DNA of 64,000 nt, taken from the NCBI RefSeq assembly GCF_009914755.1, contig NC_060937.1, one strand, 5' to 3'. Under the pieces are notes generated by a model that ran no database searches, was not told where the DNA came from, and worked only from the letters and a program-made list of their open reading frames with translations. This DNA is from the human T2T-CHM13v2.0 reference genome, Homo sapiens. Below, one piece after another: positions 1-15,500 of the stretch. Numbering within the stretch: the first letter of the stretch is position 1; each line of letters begins with the position of its first letter. The position numbers and the translations under genes were made by a program.

Positions 1-130
1 GTGGTGGCGGTGGGCGCCTGTAGTCCCAGCTACTTGGGAGGCTGAGCCAGGAGAATCACTTGAAACTGGGAGAAACCCCACTGCCCTCCAGCCTGGGCGA
101 CAGAGTGAGACTCTGTCTAAAAAAAAAAAA
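1..130 (+). mobile_element. Alu right arm (truncated by window edge, internal deletion)
   Basis: cctgtagtcccagctacttgggaggctgag...gacagagtgagactctgtct + A tail. Confidence 0.9.
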
Positions 131-137
131 AGAAGAA

Positions 138-625
<488 letters not shown>

Positions 626-1563
626 GTCTGTTAACAATAGTGAATTTCACTTGCATATCTGGGAGTGGAGATTCGCTGACATCCAGAAAACCATGGTCTC
701 AGTCCAGTATACCATTTTCCCCCCAGAAACCAGCAAGTGGCTCAAAATCCCCAAAGAATCTTCCCTTCTCAAAAGGCAAATAGATGGGATGAGAAGTTCC
801 TCTGCTGTTTACATGGTATTTGACATACAGTCATGAGACACATAATATTCTTAAAATCTTCCGATATGTGTAAGGCCCCATTTCTGCATTTTTAAGTATC
901 CCATGCACTCAGTCATGAAAGGAGGCATTTCATAGAGTCTTCTGTGGATTGTGTCGTGATTTCAATTATTGGTGATTATTGGTAAGGTATAAGGGGTCAA
1001 GTCATCTCCCTTTGGCAGAAACTATATTACCCCTAATGGAAAATTATCTCTGGTAAGCTGATGTTCATCTTGTCCGTCTCTATACACACAATCTGCTGTC
1101 GTCTTATTTTCCTCCCTTCTTTGGCTTGAATGCATAGAGTCTTTAAGATAGTCTGTATTTTTTCATTTGTTCCTCCGTCACTGGCCTTGCATCTTCCCTG
1201 CAGTATTTTGAACTTAATTTTCTCTAATTTATTTTGGATTGACTAAGAAGGACAAGCTGATGAAGAGAAGAATCAGCTACTAGTTGGCCCTGATGTAAAG
1301 AGCACACGTGGGCAGCATGGAGGCGAGGCAGGGCTGCGTTTGTGCAGGTCGTGTGGTCCTTGCTCTGAGGGTTCCGCGTGGTAAGGCAGGTTTGTCCACG
1401 CCTGTCCTCTGGGGAAGTTGCATCCATTTATTAAAATCACAGGATTTTGGTTTGCTGCTGTTTTTCCTATTAATTACTTTGCTGAGTAGACTGCTAAGGA
1501 ATATAGTATATGCATAAGCTGATGTGACACTTTCAGCATAAAACATTTAAAAAATAGGAAGTC

Positions 1564-1930
1564 AGCTGGGTGCGGTGGCTCATGTCTGTAATCCCAGCGC
1601 TTTGGGAGACCCAGGCAGGAGGATCTCTGGAGGCCAGGAGTTCAAGACCAGCCTAGGCAACATAGTGAGACCTCGTCTGTACAAAAACAAAATTAGCTTG
1701 AGGCCAAGAGTTCAAGACTAGCCTGGGCAACATAGTGAGAGCCTGTCTCTACTCAAAATAAAAAAAAAAAATAGCCAGGTGTGGTGGTATGTGGCGGTAG
1801 CCCCAGGTACTTGGGAAGCTGAGGTGGGAGGGTCACTTGAACCCTGAAGTCAAGGCTGCAGTGAGCCGTGATCGCTCCACCGCACCCCAGCCTGGGTGAC
1901 AGAGCGAGACCCTGTCTTGGAAAAAATAAA
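1564..1930 (+). mobile_element. Alu (J-like) with internal duplication of the left-arm 3' half
   Basis: gaggccaggagttcaagaccagcctaggcaacatagtgagac occurs twice (about 1630-1680 and 1697-1752). Confidence 0.9.
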
Positions 1931-2258
1931 AGGAAGTCAGATTTTGAGTATGTGTCTGTTTTCAAATTCCAGAAATTTAAGGAGCAGCCTATTTCCACAT
2001 TTCAAAGAGGAGAAATGTGGGGAGCGAATGAGTTTCATAGTCATGTCACTATGGCGTGACAGGAGGGCAAGAAAAGACAAGCGACCCAGAAGAAAAGAGA
2101 ATTAGACGTCTCCACCCTGATGCCAAAGGAAAAACTGGACCATTCGGCTCTCTTTATATGGAATGATGGGAAAGAGTGTGTTCTAAGATTCATAGGAATT
2201 AAGAAGCCCAAACATAAAGCTCACAAGACATTTCGGATTTAAGGAATTCCTCCATAGA

Positions 2259-2869
2259 TAGTCAGGGCTCATTATTCTCAGATTCTGTCTGAAAATTCGC
2301 TTATTTACTTGTAACCCCCAAATCAACACTCATGCGCTTTCACGGTCATTTGTGGATGGCGAAAATTTGGAGTCACCTGATGTGCATTCCCAGTGGAGGT
2401 CAAACGAGGCAAAGCTCTGCCTTCTGTTTTTTTTTTCTCGTACTGTTAATAAGTATCCTTTTCATGGTCTATTTAGTGCCACGCTTTTCGCATTTTTGTG
2501 CATGTTTTTGGTGATTTCACTGTTTAAAGCAGTCCCCAGGCGTTGTGCTGAAGCGCTGTCTGTCTTGTGTCCCCGCGTGCAGTGCTATCTGCCTGATAGA
2601 GCAAATGTGTGTTAGGTAAGCATCGTTCAGGCATGAGTTCAGCTGCTGTTGGCCATGAGCTCAATGTGAAGAAATTGGCAAAGTATATTTAAGATGGCTT
2701 TCAACAGAAACACACATAAGATACGGCCAGTTAACTAAAATGTTGTTTCAAGACTACTCTAGGAACCTCACCCCGTATTTCCCCTAGGAGAAATGATTCA
2801 GGAATGGCTAATTCAGTGTTTATGGTAACCTTGTAGATCATAACTGCCTCGAATAATGAGCATCAACTG
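2259..2869. mobile_element. MER82-like TcMar-Tigger DNA transposon
   Basis: Degenerate terminal inverted repeats (ctcattattc...gaataatgag) and internal tgtaaccccaaatcaac...ggtctatttagtgccacg...aggaacctcaccccgtatttcccctaggag. Confidence 0.75.
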
Positions 2870-3790
2870 CATTTCCTTGAGAACCAGATAGAAGGAATTG
2901 CAGAGAAGCCAGGCCCTCTATTGTCAAGGCAACATATAACGATGGCAGTATGACCAGGCGTGCCCCCATTTCTGTGCCATTTTCTGTGATGGAGCGTGGC
3001 AATTTTACTCTATTTAGGAAGGGAGAAATCAGTCCAGAAAAGGCAATTAGGAAATAGTGTTGTTGGTCTTTCGGATGATGAGGAAGCGAGGGAGGGAGGG
3101 GTTCTTCCAGTGCACCGGCTGCTGCCAGGTGAGTTGGCATGGCTTTGTGCAGAACAGATATCCTCAGTGGGTGTGATTGATGGCAACATCCAGGCCATGT
3201 CCTGCTTGATTGCTGGAGTGCATTGCCCTAAGTGTGACAAGCTGCTTCATGTGACAGAATGAAAGGTGAGTTTCATAGCAACAGTTCCCTTGGTTTTTAT
3301 CAAAACAGCTGGGCTCTGGTCATTAGGCTATTTTTTATGAAGCTTGTTATACAGTATATGTGATACAAAGAAAAAGGTGTGCTGTCTCAGAGGTGTAACA
3401 ATTGGTGTACATTGACCTTGAACTAGTGTTGTTAAGGCGCAAGTCTGATTTTAAAGCTCTATCCTTTAACTTTCCACATTCCAGCAGTATTGAGGACTGT
3501 CTTGAGGTTATGTGAGAATCATATTTCTCACAGATAAAAACGTGTAAGACTTTGCAATCTGATCTGTTATTTCTGACAAGACTACGAAAAGTTTAATAAA
3601 CTCATAATTTTTTTAAGCATTAGATTATCTACCTTTGCACCCACTGACGTTCCTCTTTTCTCTGCATGATAAAGCATTTGCGTTTTGCACTAGTCATTGC
3701 TAATATATAAGAGTTTCACTTTGATGTTTATAAAGTCCTGAAGTTTTAGGGCTTTTTAGGAGGTCATACGGTTGTCACCCACATGTGTAG

Positions 3791-4183
<393 letters not shown>

Positions 4184-4422
4184 CCTTGAAGCTTCTTTCT
4201 GACTGATAGAGATGAGGAGGGGAGAAAACTGTCTTCTCACATCACCACAATTGATAAATGTATCCTGGCATCCCGTCTCTGAGATCTGGCCCTTCTGATG
4301 TTCCCCACCAACTGGGCTCACCTTATGTTGTCTGCTAGCTTCTGTTTGGCTCACTGGGGAATATTGACAAACTGGGAAGTGTCATTCCTACGTGACCTGT
4401 TTTTCTTTCTGTTTCTTTTTAG

Positions 4423-4537
4423 CTGAGATTGGGGATTTTGATGAAGCCTTGGACAGAGAGCACTTAGCAAAAAATAAATACATACCTCAGCAAGACGCAC
4501 TAGAGGACAAAATCGTGGAATTTCACCATAACCACAT
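4423..4537 (+). CDS. FARP1: FARP1 coding exon 7 (FERM domain)
   Basis: Polypyrimidine tract + AG at 4421-4422, GTAAGT at 4538; 115 nt; translates (S)EIGDFDEALDREHLAKNKYIPQQDALEDKIVEFHHNH(I), recognised FARP1 FERM sequence. Confidence 0.97.
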
Positions 4538-5359
4538 GTAAGTCTCATTCTTGGCTTCATATTCCCTCTGAGCCGGTTCTCTCTGCCTCCAACCTACATG
4601 GGTGTACATCCCTCCACCCCCCACACAAACTATTGTGGAGAACAACACAAAGCGTGAGGAAAGAAGATCACAGAGGCTCATTGGGATGTGGTGATTCATC
4701 CTGGGCTCTCAGAAGCACAGGTCACCCACTGAAGCCTGGAGTTTAAGGATGCCCATGCTTTGGAACAAAAGAGAAAGTAAGAGCAAAGGACCATCCAGTC
4801 ATCAAGCTAATGACAAATTGGGAAAGGGACGTGGTCACCTAGGGACAAGGTCAGAGTATCGTGAAAATCCAGAACCTTCATAGCATCTGCATTTTTGTTT
4901 TTGTTTGGATTAATATTTTCAAAGGACTCATGGTACTTTTGGTTGTTGTTTTAAGGAAGCATTGGAGCCTGACGGCCATGTGAAAAAGTGTTCTCTTGAA
5001 CTTTGCTTGCAGGTTTAGGTTATTGAAAGCAACTAAAATCTTGTTTTAACCCAGTGGTGTTTTGCTTTTATATGAGCTTAAAGGAAACTCTTTGAGATTC
5101 CAAAAAAAACAAAAAAAACAAAAACTGGCTGAGTTTGGAGACTTTTGGGGTTTTATGTTCCATGAGCAGTGGAGGTTTTGTCCTAGCTGCTAGACTTTGG
5201 GTTACAGTGAATGGGAGATTGGGTGTCATCTGATCGGGTAGCCCCAGTGTTTGTGATGAAATGCCTTTGTATTTCCCAGGAGAAGCTTCTTAATCTCAAA
5301 TTAATAGATACAGGGAATTCAAATCTCCTGGCCTTTCTGTTTAATTTTTGTTTTGTCAG

Positions 5360-5507
5360 TGGACAAACACCAGCAGAATCAGATTTCCAGCTCCTAGAGA
5401 TTGCCCGTCGGCTAGAGATGTATGGAATCCGGTTGCACCCGGCCAAGGACAGGGAAGGCACGAAGATCAATCTGGCCGTTGCCAACACGGGAATTCTAGT
5501 GTTTCAG
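5360..5507 (+). CDS. FARP1: FARP1 coding exon 8 (FERM domain)
   Basis: ttttgtcAG|T...TTTCAG|GTGAGA; 148 nt; [49 protein letters not shown] (FERM LEMYG motif); phase matches exon 7. Confidence 0.98.
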
Positions 5508-6642
5508 GTGAGAGCCTTGAGAACACGGCCTGGTTCCCTTGGTGACAGAGAGAGAAGAGCTGGCCCTTCAACTCTGATTCATATTCAGTGGGCTAAGACC
5601 TCTGATGGTTATTTTTCGGCGAACAAAGAAAAATTAACCTCATCTCAGGCTTTCTGTTTCCCAGGCCCTCAGCTCCCAGATTCTATTTCACTTACCTTTG
5701 CCCTGTTTGGGGAATCCACATTACAGATTTGTTTGGTTTTATTGACTTTGTAGCATCACAGAAACATGTAGCTCTCCATGGACCTACACTTAGAACACAG
5801 TCTAATGGAATCGAGATTTTAGGTCCCCGAATAAACACCTTTTTCACACTTACAGATGATACTTTGCTGTAATGTGATCCTTTTTTTTTTTTTTTTTTTT
5901 TTCAAACACAGTTTGGCTTGAGCCAGCTTATTTGGTCGGGACTTCAGATATACTTAAAGAGTGTTAGGCACACTTTTAAGATACAGCAGTTTTATAAATT
6001 CATAAAAGCCACATTCTTGCAATTTTGTAGCAAAACACATACTGCACTTGAATTCTTACTTGTATTCTACTTAAAGACATAATGATTCTCTGCACTCTAA
6101 AATGTGTGCTCTATTGATCATTCTGCTATTGGACTGTTTCATTGATCAATGCTTCTCTCTTAGTAGCCTTATTGAAGTATTGTTGACGTACAATAAAGTG
6201 CACACACTTGAAGTGCATAGTTTGATAGGTTTTTATTATATATATGTATATCCTGTAAAATTCCCCACAAAACCAACAGAATGAACGTATTCATCACCCC
6301 CAAAAGGCTGTTCAGTACATTCCTTTTCAACACAAGTGGGTAACCTGTGCTTTTAGTTTCAAAGGGATATAGAGAAAGCACCCGCCTTTCTCATGAAATA
6401 GGATCAGATTTCACCCAGTTAGGAAGTTGTAAATATGTTCAGGACCTAAAACCCTTTATTGAGCTCTTCCAGGTTTGCTTATATTTCCCCCTTATCTTTT
6501 ATCAAAAGAGTTCCAGTGATTCTCTATTCATGCACCAGAAGTTTATGACAGCATAATTATTACAAATCACATCCCAAGAAGAGTTAAGTTGGCTTCCTGC
6601 CAGGTAGTAGGGAGTGACATTGTGAGAGCAGTGTGGTATTCA

Positions 6643-7030
<388 letters not shown>

Positions 7031-8076
7031 CTATCATTAAATTTCAAATCACAATCCTGAACCATTTCTAAAAAGTATTAAGAAGGAAAAGAAGTGTCTC
7101 ACAATTGAATTAATGTGCTTTGATTGTGTTTGACACAATCCCTAAGTATTGGGAATACCTGGGTAATGTAGTCACGTGCAAAGCCTGTGTCTCGGAACCC
7201 ACCTTCTTGCCAGTGCCCTATTGCTTCATTCTTGCCACGTTAAATGAACAGGCCTGGTGTTCCAGTGGGCTCCAGAGGAATTCTAATTTCAGCTGAGACT
7301 GGGCAGATGGGAGTTGGTATCCGGCAGCTCCCCGTTGTTTCTCCACCTTGGATGGAGACAATGACTCCCTGGCTGCCAAAGACAATGAAGACATGTGAAT
7401 CCGGCCCAGAGACTGTGCTGGCCTTGAAGACACACAGCAGGCCTGGCCTCCCATCCTCAGTTCTACCGGTGCTGTTGGAAGCTTGATGGGCCCAGGAGCC
7501 AGACCAGCGTGGATGAAGCAGGGAGTTGATTGCAAACCTGCTGAATGTTAACCATAGCTGCCAGGAAGGCGTGTGCTTGGAAGTCTCTTTCTGCCACATT
7601 AAACGTGTCATTTGCAGCAAATTAAAATAAATCCACGTTGCAGTTTCCATGTGTATAAAATGAAAATAGTAAGTCCATCTTGCTGGGTTTTATCATATCA
7701 GGGTTGTTAAGATACAGTATATAAAGCCCTCAGGATGGTACCTGGCGCTTCCTAAGTCCTGGCAGCTAATGATTGTGGTGGTTGTCATGGTTTTTATTTC
7801 TATTTATCTTTCTTTTCATCATTATCTTGGCTAGTTTCTTCTCTCCCTAGAGGCAGACTTAGTTTGTATGCCAAAATCCTATAATTAGTGAGAAATAATG
7901 ATCCAGGAACAGGTATCATCCGATAGCCACAGATCCTGTGAGTTCTCTGCAAAAGTCATCTCTACTGAGCAGTCGCCTGCCAGCCCTCTTCCTTTAGCTC
8001 CCATAAGCAAAACAGACCAACTCCCAAGTTGCTTGTTATGCATTTCCTGGCTCACTGCTACTGTCTTTCTTTTTAG

Positions 8077-8172
8077 GGTTTCACTAAGATCAATGCCTTC
8101 AACTGGGCCAAGGTGCGGAAGCTGAGCTTCAAGAGGAAGCGCTTTCTCATCAAGCTCCGGCCAGATGCCAAT
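8077..8172 (+). CDS. FARP1: FARP1 coding exon 9 (FERM F3 lobe)
   Basis: tttttAG|GGT...AAT|GTAAGT; 96 nt; [32 protein letters not shown]. Confidence 0.98.
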
Positions 8173-9650
8173 GTAAGTGGTCCTGGCGGGAAAGGGGACC
8201 CGTTGAGCCATGGGATGGCGTGTGTCCTGCAAGGGGTGGAGGTCTGCTTGGCAGGGCTTCTGCTGAACCTCTGGCCAGTGCTACCCAGGTGCTTTTGTCC
8301 ACATGAACGCCGAGCGTCTCTAGGACAGATGTATCCAAATGGTCGGTAACTCTACGGCTGTCATCGTTGGTAAACAGAGAGCGTAAAGGAGGTACATGAA
8401 CATGTACCTGGGGAGAGGGTCATTTCCCTGCGCAGATTCAGGCAGCCCCTCCTGATAAACAACCTGAGCTGTGCTATTGCTGTGCATCCAGCCCCAGGCT
8501 ACACCTGGAGACCCCATTCAGTATCCTGCCCTACCCCAGGCATAGACTGACTTCCCCAATCCCTGCTGGAGGCCCTGAGCCCCCAGTGGAACTCATTTTC
8601 ATGGGCTAATTAGGTTCCCTTCCCCACTTACTTCCCACAACACGCCTAACACTGTGGCCCACGCCAGGACTGGGACGGGAAGGGAGGAGAAGCCTCTTCT
8701 TTGTCTGCCAGAAATGGCGACGGAGGAGGTGGGTGATGTGTCCTGGGCGTCTGTCCCCAACCAGCGTGTAGAGTTCTTTTTCCCATGGCAAAGAAGATGA
8801 TAAATGGCAATTAGGCTTATAGTGTAGCTACAGTCTGGGTTCAGTAGGTTTTCATGGCCCGACCTGGGAAGCATATACCCATTTTAAATGGTTTTCCATG
8901 GAAAAATTCACTGGAGTTCCAAAAAGCTGCCTTATAGATAAAGAACTGCAGCACAGCTTGTTTGTAAGTTGGGTCCACCCAAAACTGTGAGATCCCCCAA
9001 AATAGTTAGAACTGCTGGGAATGCTAAGGACAGTAGTAACTTTTGTTTATATAATATGGCCACTTCAATTGGGAGCAGAAAATTTCTATATCCCCTTTCC
9101 AGAATCAAAGGGCATGATTTTTTTCAGCCAAGAGTGACACTTTGTGCTCCAGAAAAAAAAATTCATTTCCTGTGTAGTTCCTGGGGTGGCCTGGAGCCCG
9201 GAGCCGTGGGCGACTTCACAGAGAAACGACGTAAGAGCCAACATTGACACGAAGTATGAGGAAGAGGATGAACGTTGCGTTTCAGTGATTTTAAGGAGGC
9301 AGGAAGGGACTTTCAGTATCTGGGTTTTGTTTTTCAAGGAAATGTAAGCCAAATAAACATAATTTGTATATGAAATCTGTCAAAAAATGGTGTCACTTCC
9401 ATTGAAGCCACGTGGCTGTTTCTGTTACCCGTCTAAGAGATTCTGTGGGGAAGAAAATGATGGACTAGGGACCACATCTTGTCCTTAAGAATAACTAGAG
9501 TTTAGTAAGTCTTTGCACTGATGGTCATGCTATAATAAAATACACAGCGAAAACTTTATCGGACAAAGCTATCTTCTGCCCCTTTTCTCCTATTTCAGTG
9601 GTGTATCTATGGGTAATGGAAAAAACCACCGTTGTATTTTCCCTTTTTAG

Positions 9651-9814
9651 AGTGCGTACCAGGATACCTTGGAATTCCTGATGGCCAGTCGGGATTTCTG
9701 CAAGTCCTTCTGGAAAATCTGTGTTGAACATCATGCCTTCTTTAGACTTTTTGAAGAGCCCAAACCAAAGCCCAAGCCCGTCCTCTTTAGCCGGGGGTCA
9801 TCATTTCGGTTCAG
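9651..9814 (+). CDS. FARP1: FARP1 coding exon 10 (FERM F3 end / FERM-adjacent)
   Basis: ccctttttAG|AGT...TTCAG|GTGAGG; 164 nt; [54 protein letters not shown](S). Confidence 0.98.
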
Positions 9815-10505
9815 GTGAGGTCGCCACTTTGTGCCTCTGTTTGCTGGGTGCACGTTTTTCCTCCCGCCTCTCACAGCCGCTGTGACACACAGCAGGTCAG
9901 GGAGGTGAACGCTCATTGGCCTCCAGGAGCTATGGCCAAGCGGGGGCGCTTGTATCTTAATCCCAGTGGGCTCTGTTTGAACAGCAGAGGCACCAGGCAA
10001 AGCCACCCAGTCATGGTAAACGCCTAGCGGGAGTCTCTAACTCAGAAAGGATTTCTCTCTCAGTAGAAGTACAGTGTCTTACTAACATTTGGTGTTGCTT
10101 CATAGAATATGTGGACTTGGATGTTATTGGTGAACTTTTCCATTCATTTTTAACAAATCATTGTCTGCCATGTGTCAAATACTGTTCCAGGCACTGAGCC
10201 CAGTGATCCCTGCCTTCACTAAAGGCACAGGCTCTTGGGATGGTTGCTTAGTAACCAAACACAGTTATCAAGTGGGCTTAGTTAATTGAACATTTTTTCT
10301 GTATATTCAAGGAAAATATCAAGAGACTGAGTGGACCCAAAAATACAGAGTCTGTCAGGATTGCTTTTAGTCCTGGCTAGCCAAGCAACCCTGCATCTCT
10401 CCCAGTTAGGGAAGGAGGGGAAGTGAAGCCCTGAAGCATCATTTGTGTGTTTAAATGAGAATGCCTTGGTATTTCTCCCCTTCCCTGTTGTGGTCTCTGT
10501 TTCAG

Positions 10506-10574
10506 TGGTCGGACTCAGAAGCAGGTTCTCGACTATGTTAAAGAAGGAGGACATAAGAAGGTGCAGTTTGAAAG
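10506..10574 (+). CDS. FARP1: FARP1 coding exon 11 (FERM-adjacent)
   Basis: ctgtttcAG|T...GAAAG|GTAAGA; 69 nt; GRTQKQVLDYVKEGGHKKVQFE(R). Confidence 0.97.
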
Positions 10575-10942
10575 GTAAGAGAAGCTTCAATGCTACTTCC
10601 AGTCTGAGAAGGCTCAGACTCGCCAGGTAACAGTTTGTTGCTGCTAAATATTTCTTTACCCAGACTTCAGACTTGATGTCCCTTGAGTTGTAAATGATAG
10701 TCTCAGTCATCCTCAGCAAGTCCAGTGTTAGAGAGGAAGGTTTTAGAGCCCAGGGGCACACCCTCGAGAGTGAGATGAGAACAGACAGAAAGGACTAGGG
10801 GAGGCGGGAGAGGACATACTGGGGAAGGAGAGAAGGGCTTAGGACATCACAGTGGGGGATGAAGCATGATAAAAACTAGCTCACTGGTGAGTCCTTCAAT
10901 ATTTTGGGATTTGTATTGAAAGCATGTCTATGAACATTTTAA

Positions 10943-11480
<538 letters not shown>

Positions 11481-11838
11481 AGTTTCTGGCCAGCCAGCCA
11501 GCTCCCAAGCCCAATGCTCCAAGGAGGAGCAGCAGAACCCAAGGAGGGTAAAGGAGCGGAGGATAGGCCTCAAGAACTAGTTACTGCATGTAGCGTTTTT
11601 AAAAAACTTTTTTCATTTTCATACATTTAAAAATTACAATAAAGTACAGGGAAGTCAGCAAACACCCAGATTCCTACTACTTAGAATTAACGGCCATTAA
11701 CAGTTGGACACATTTGTTTCTGGGGTTGTTTTTTCTTCTTTTATTTGCAGCTCTCGTTACAGACATGGTAAAACCCCCTTGAACCACCAGCTCTGGTAAT
11801 TTCCCTTCTCCCCTCCCCAGAGGCAGCTGCCACATTTA

Positions 11839-12315
<477 letters not shown>

Positions 12316-13337
12316 TTAAGGGCCATACAGTAGTATGAAGATACTACACTGTATTTCTCTGATTGCCTATTGAGAACCATCCAGATTATTTCAGTATTTT
12401 GTTTTGATTTTGCTGAAATAAACCTGCTTCTGTGGCCATCCCTGCATCTTCCTTCTACCACAAATCTGTGGTGCTTTCTCATGCCCTGTCTCTATAAATG
12501 TCATGTTCAGGAGGTTTTTTTCAGGAGGTTTTTTTTTTTGGAGATGAATCCCATAATTTTCCTGGACAGTCAATGGTTAGTATTTGAAAACCATGTAAGA
12601 AATAGCCCAGTTCTCTCTCTGATTCAGAATGTGGATCTCTAGAGCTTTTCTGTGCTAACCTGGAGTATTTTGAAGAAGAGCTGGATGTGCCTGGGAATAG
12701 AATCTATATTTACACAGTCTCATGAATTTCAGGACCTGAGCATTTCAGTGCCTGTTTGATGGGGAAAAGGGGAATAGGCAGACTGAGAGGGAAGAGATGA
12801 AAGAGACGTGTCAAGATGCTGTTAAAGTCAGTTCCTTCTACTGTTGAGGGCAGGCCTTTTCCTCTGAACTTACCGCTTTGATAGAGTGAGCGGATGAGTG
12901 GTAATTGCCTCTGTTATAGAACTGATCCAGAAAATAATTACCTAAAGTACATGAATTGATTTCATATTGTCAGACCATAGCTTGCTATTCAGAGCATGGG
13001 AGGGCGCAGCCACATCCTCCCTCCTCTGTGACTTTCCCCTTAACTAGAAAGGTCCTGCTCAGTTGCTAAATGTTTCTTCACGAGCTGCACCGTGAGAACT
13101 ACAACAAGGGCTTCTGAGAATTTCTCCAAGATTTAAGTAACCCTTGAACCATGCAAGTGCTATCAAAGGATGACTGCGTATGTTTCCAAGTAGCATTTGT
13201 AAAGGCGGCTCTGGGTACCATCATTATTGAGGAAGGCACTAATACGTCCAACAAAAGGACTTTTGTTTCATTTAAAACCAAGGAAAAAGAAACAAAAACC
13301 TCACCTAACTTTAATGATCTTGTGTGATTTTTCCCAG

Positions 13338-13413
13338 GAAGCACAGCAAGATTCATTCTATCCGGAGCCTTGCTTCACAGCCTACAGAACTGAATTCGGA
13401 AGTGCTGGAGCAG
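13338..13413 (+). CDS. FARP1: FARP1 coding exon 12
   Basis: tttttcccAG|G...GAGCAG|GTCAGT; 76 nt; KHSKIHSIRSLASQPTELNSEVLEQ; phases fit both neighbours. Confidence 0.95.
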
Positions 13414-14201
13414 GTCAGTGATGGCGCTGTCCTATGATAACTCTGCTTTTCCCCACACTTCCTCCACGGAGCCCTGGGCTTCAGAGCGGGCTTTCTTGTT
13501 CTCTGTCCTTTCCTTTGGGGTTTTTAGCAGATGAGAATCTGATTATGGGCCTTGGCTTTGACCAGATATAGGCTTTGTGCCATGTGCCGGCAGCCTGGGC
13601 TCAGAGGCCGTGGAGTGTGTTGTGTTTTCAGCTGCCTTCTCATCTCCCATGCGGTGCTCTAAGCCACTGAGAACTCAGCTCAGCGGCGGAACCATCGCGG
13701 CAGTGGGCAGAGCTGAGACTGACTCTCCAGCTAAATGGGTCCACTTGGGAAGAGATGGGGACCCGCTTTGTAACCAATGGGTGTAACTCCTGCCTGGTGC
13801 CAAGGCCAGAAGCCTTTGCTGGCACAGAACTGGTCGGCGAGTTCCCAGAGCTTGTATTACAGGGCAGTGACCACAATTGGCAGTAAGAGACATTATCACT
13901 CTTGCTCTGAGGGTGGCAAAAGCTCGTTTTCCCTGGAGTTGGTCTCTGGGTAAGTTCTCAGGGCTTTCTCTAAAAGAGAAAAAGAAACTTGGGGAAGAAT
14001 ATAAAGGAGGTTTCATCGTGTGAATCCAAAAAAACCCCTTTCCCCGTCCAGGCTGCCCTGAGAAGTATAAGCAAACATGTCCTTTGTCGTTTTTCTGATG
14101 ACTGTGTCAACTTGCCTTCAGGGGTCCCTGATGTGCCTGCCCATCCTTCCCTGGAGACCCCCTGTGGGCTGGAAGGGCCGTCTTGTTCCGTAGAAGCTTT
14201 A

Positions 14202-14645
<444 letters not shown>

Positions 14646-14649
14646 AACC

Positions 14650-15500
14650 CCAGCATGAGTCGGCGGGTCCTGGAAAGCAGAGACCGGGCCGGGCTTGTGC
14701 TGCCGGGAACAGTGCTGTCAGCCGCCACGCCCTGAAGGAACCTTCTGGATCATGCCCAGATGTGCCTCCGTGATTGCTGCTAGGCCAGAGAGCTCCGGGG
14801 CAGTTCTCCCGCCGCAGAGGCCTCGGGTGTTCTTGCCTGGCTCTCCTTTTCTGTTTTCAGCCTTGGAATAACAGTCTCCCTCTTCTCTATCTCTCCGCAC
14901 CTTTTTCCCCACCCCACCCAGTCTCAGCAGAGCACCAGCCTTACATTTGGAGAAGGTGCCGAATCTCCAGGGGGCCAGAGCTGCCGGCGAGGAAAGGAAC
15001 CGAAGGTTTCCGCCGGGGAGCCGGGGTCGCACCCGAGCCCTGCGCCGAGGAGAAGCCCCGCGGGTAACAAGCAGGCGGACGGAGCCGCCTCGGCGCCCAC
15101 GGAGGAAGAGGAGGAGGTCGTTAAGGATAGGACCCAGCAGAGTAAACCTCAGCCCCCGCAGCCAAGCACAGGTCCAGCATCCCGGGCTGCCAGAGGCAGC
15201 AGTACTTCCATTCCTTTCATTGACTGCAGTGACGTAGATAGCGAATACGACCTTCTTAGAGAACAAGCGTCCCGATCCCGGTCCCGATCCCGGTCCCGGT
15301 CCCAAACAAATGACAATTATGAGGGTGATCTGACCAGCGGTGTCTATCTGCTGTCCAGGGAGGAGGGGCGAAGAGAGGCTGGGCGTAGGGCTTCCCCGCA
15401 CTCTGCGAAGTCCTCCCGGCCTCCTTCCGGAGAATTCCTTGATGACGATTCAGCAGACATCACCTTTGATATGAGCGGGAGCCCTCGACTCCCAAGGCAT
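14650..15500. promoter_or_regulatory. Intragenic CpG-rich island over exon 13 and the start of its extension
   Basis: Visibly dense CG dinucleotides and high GC compared with the flanking introns; not quantified. Confidence 0.55.
14922..15171 (+). CDS. FARP1: FARP1 coding exon 13 (low-complexity linker; canonical form)
   Basis: Long pyrimidine tract + AG at 14920-14921; 250 nt; SQQSTSLTFGEGAESPGG...KPQPPQPST(G); ends in phase 1 at a weak donor CAG|GTCCAG and joins exon 14 as G|GC. Confidence 0.94.

Noticed and set aside
14718-15401. 227-aa minus-strand ORF over exon 13
   Set aside because: Antisense shadow of a GC-rich coding region; no independent splice or promoter evidence
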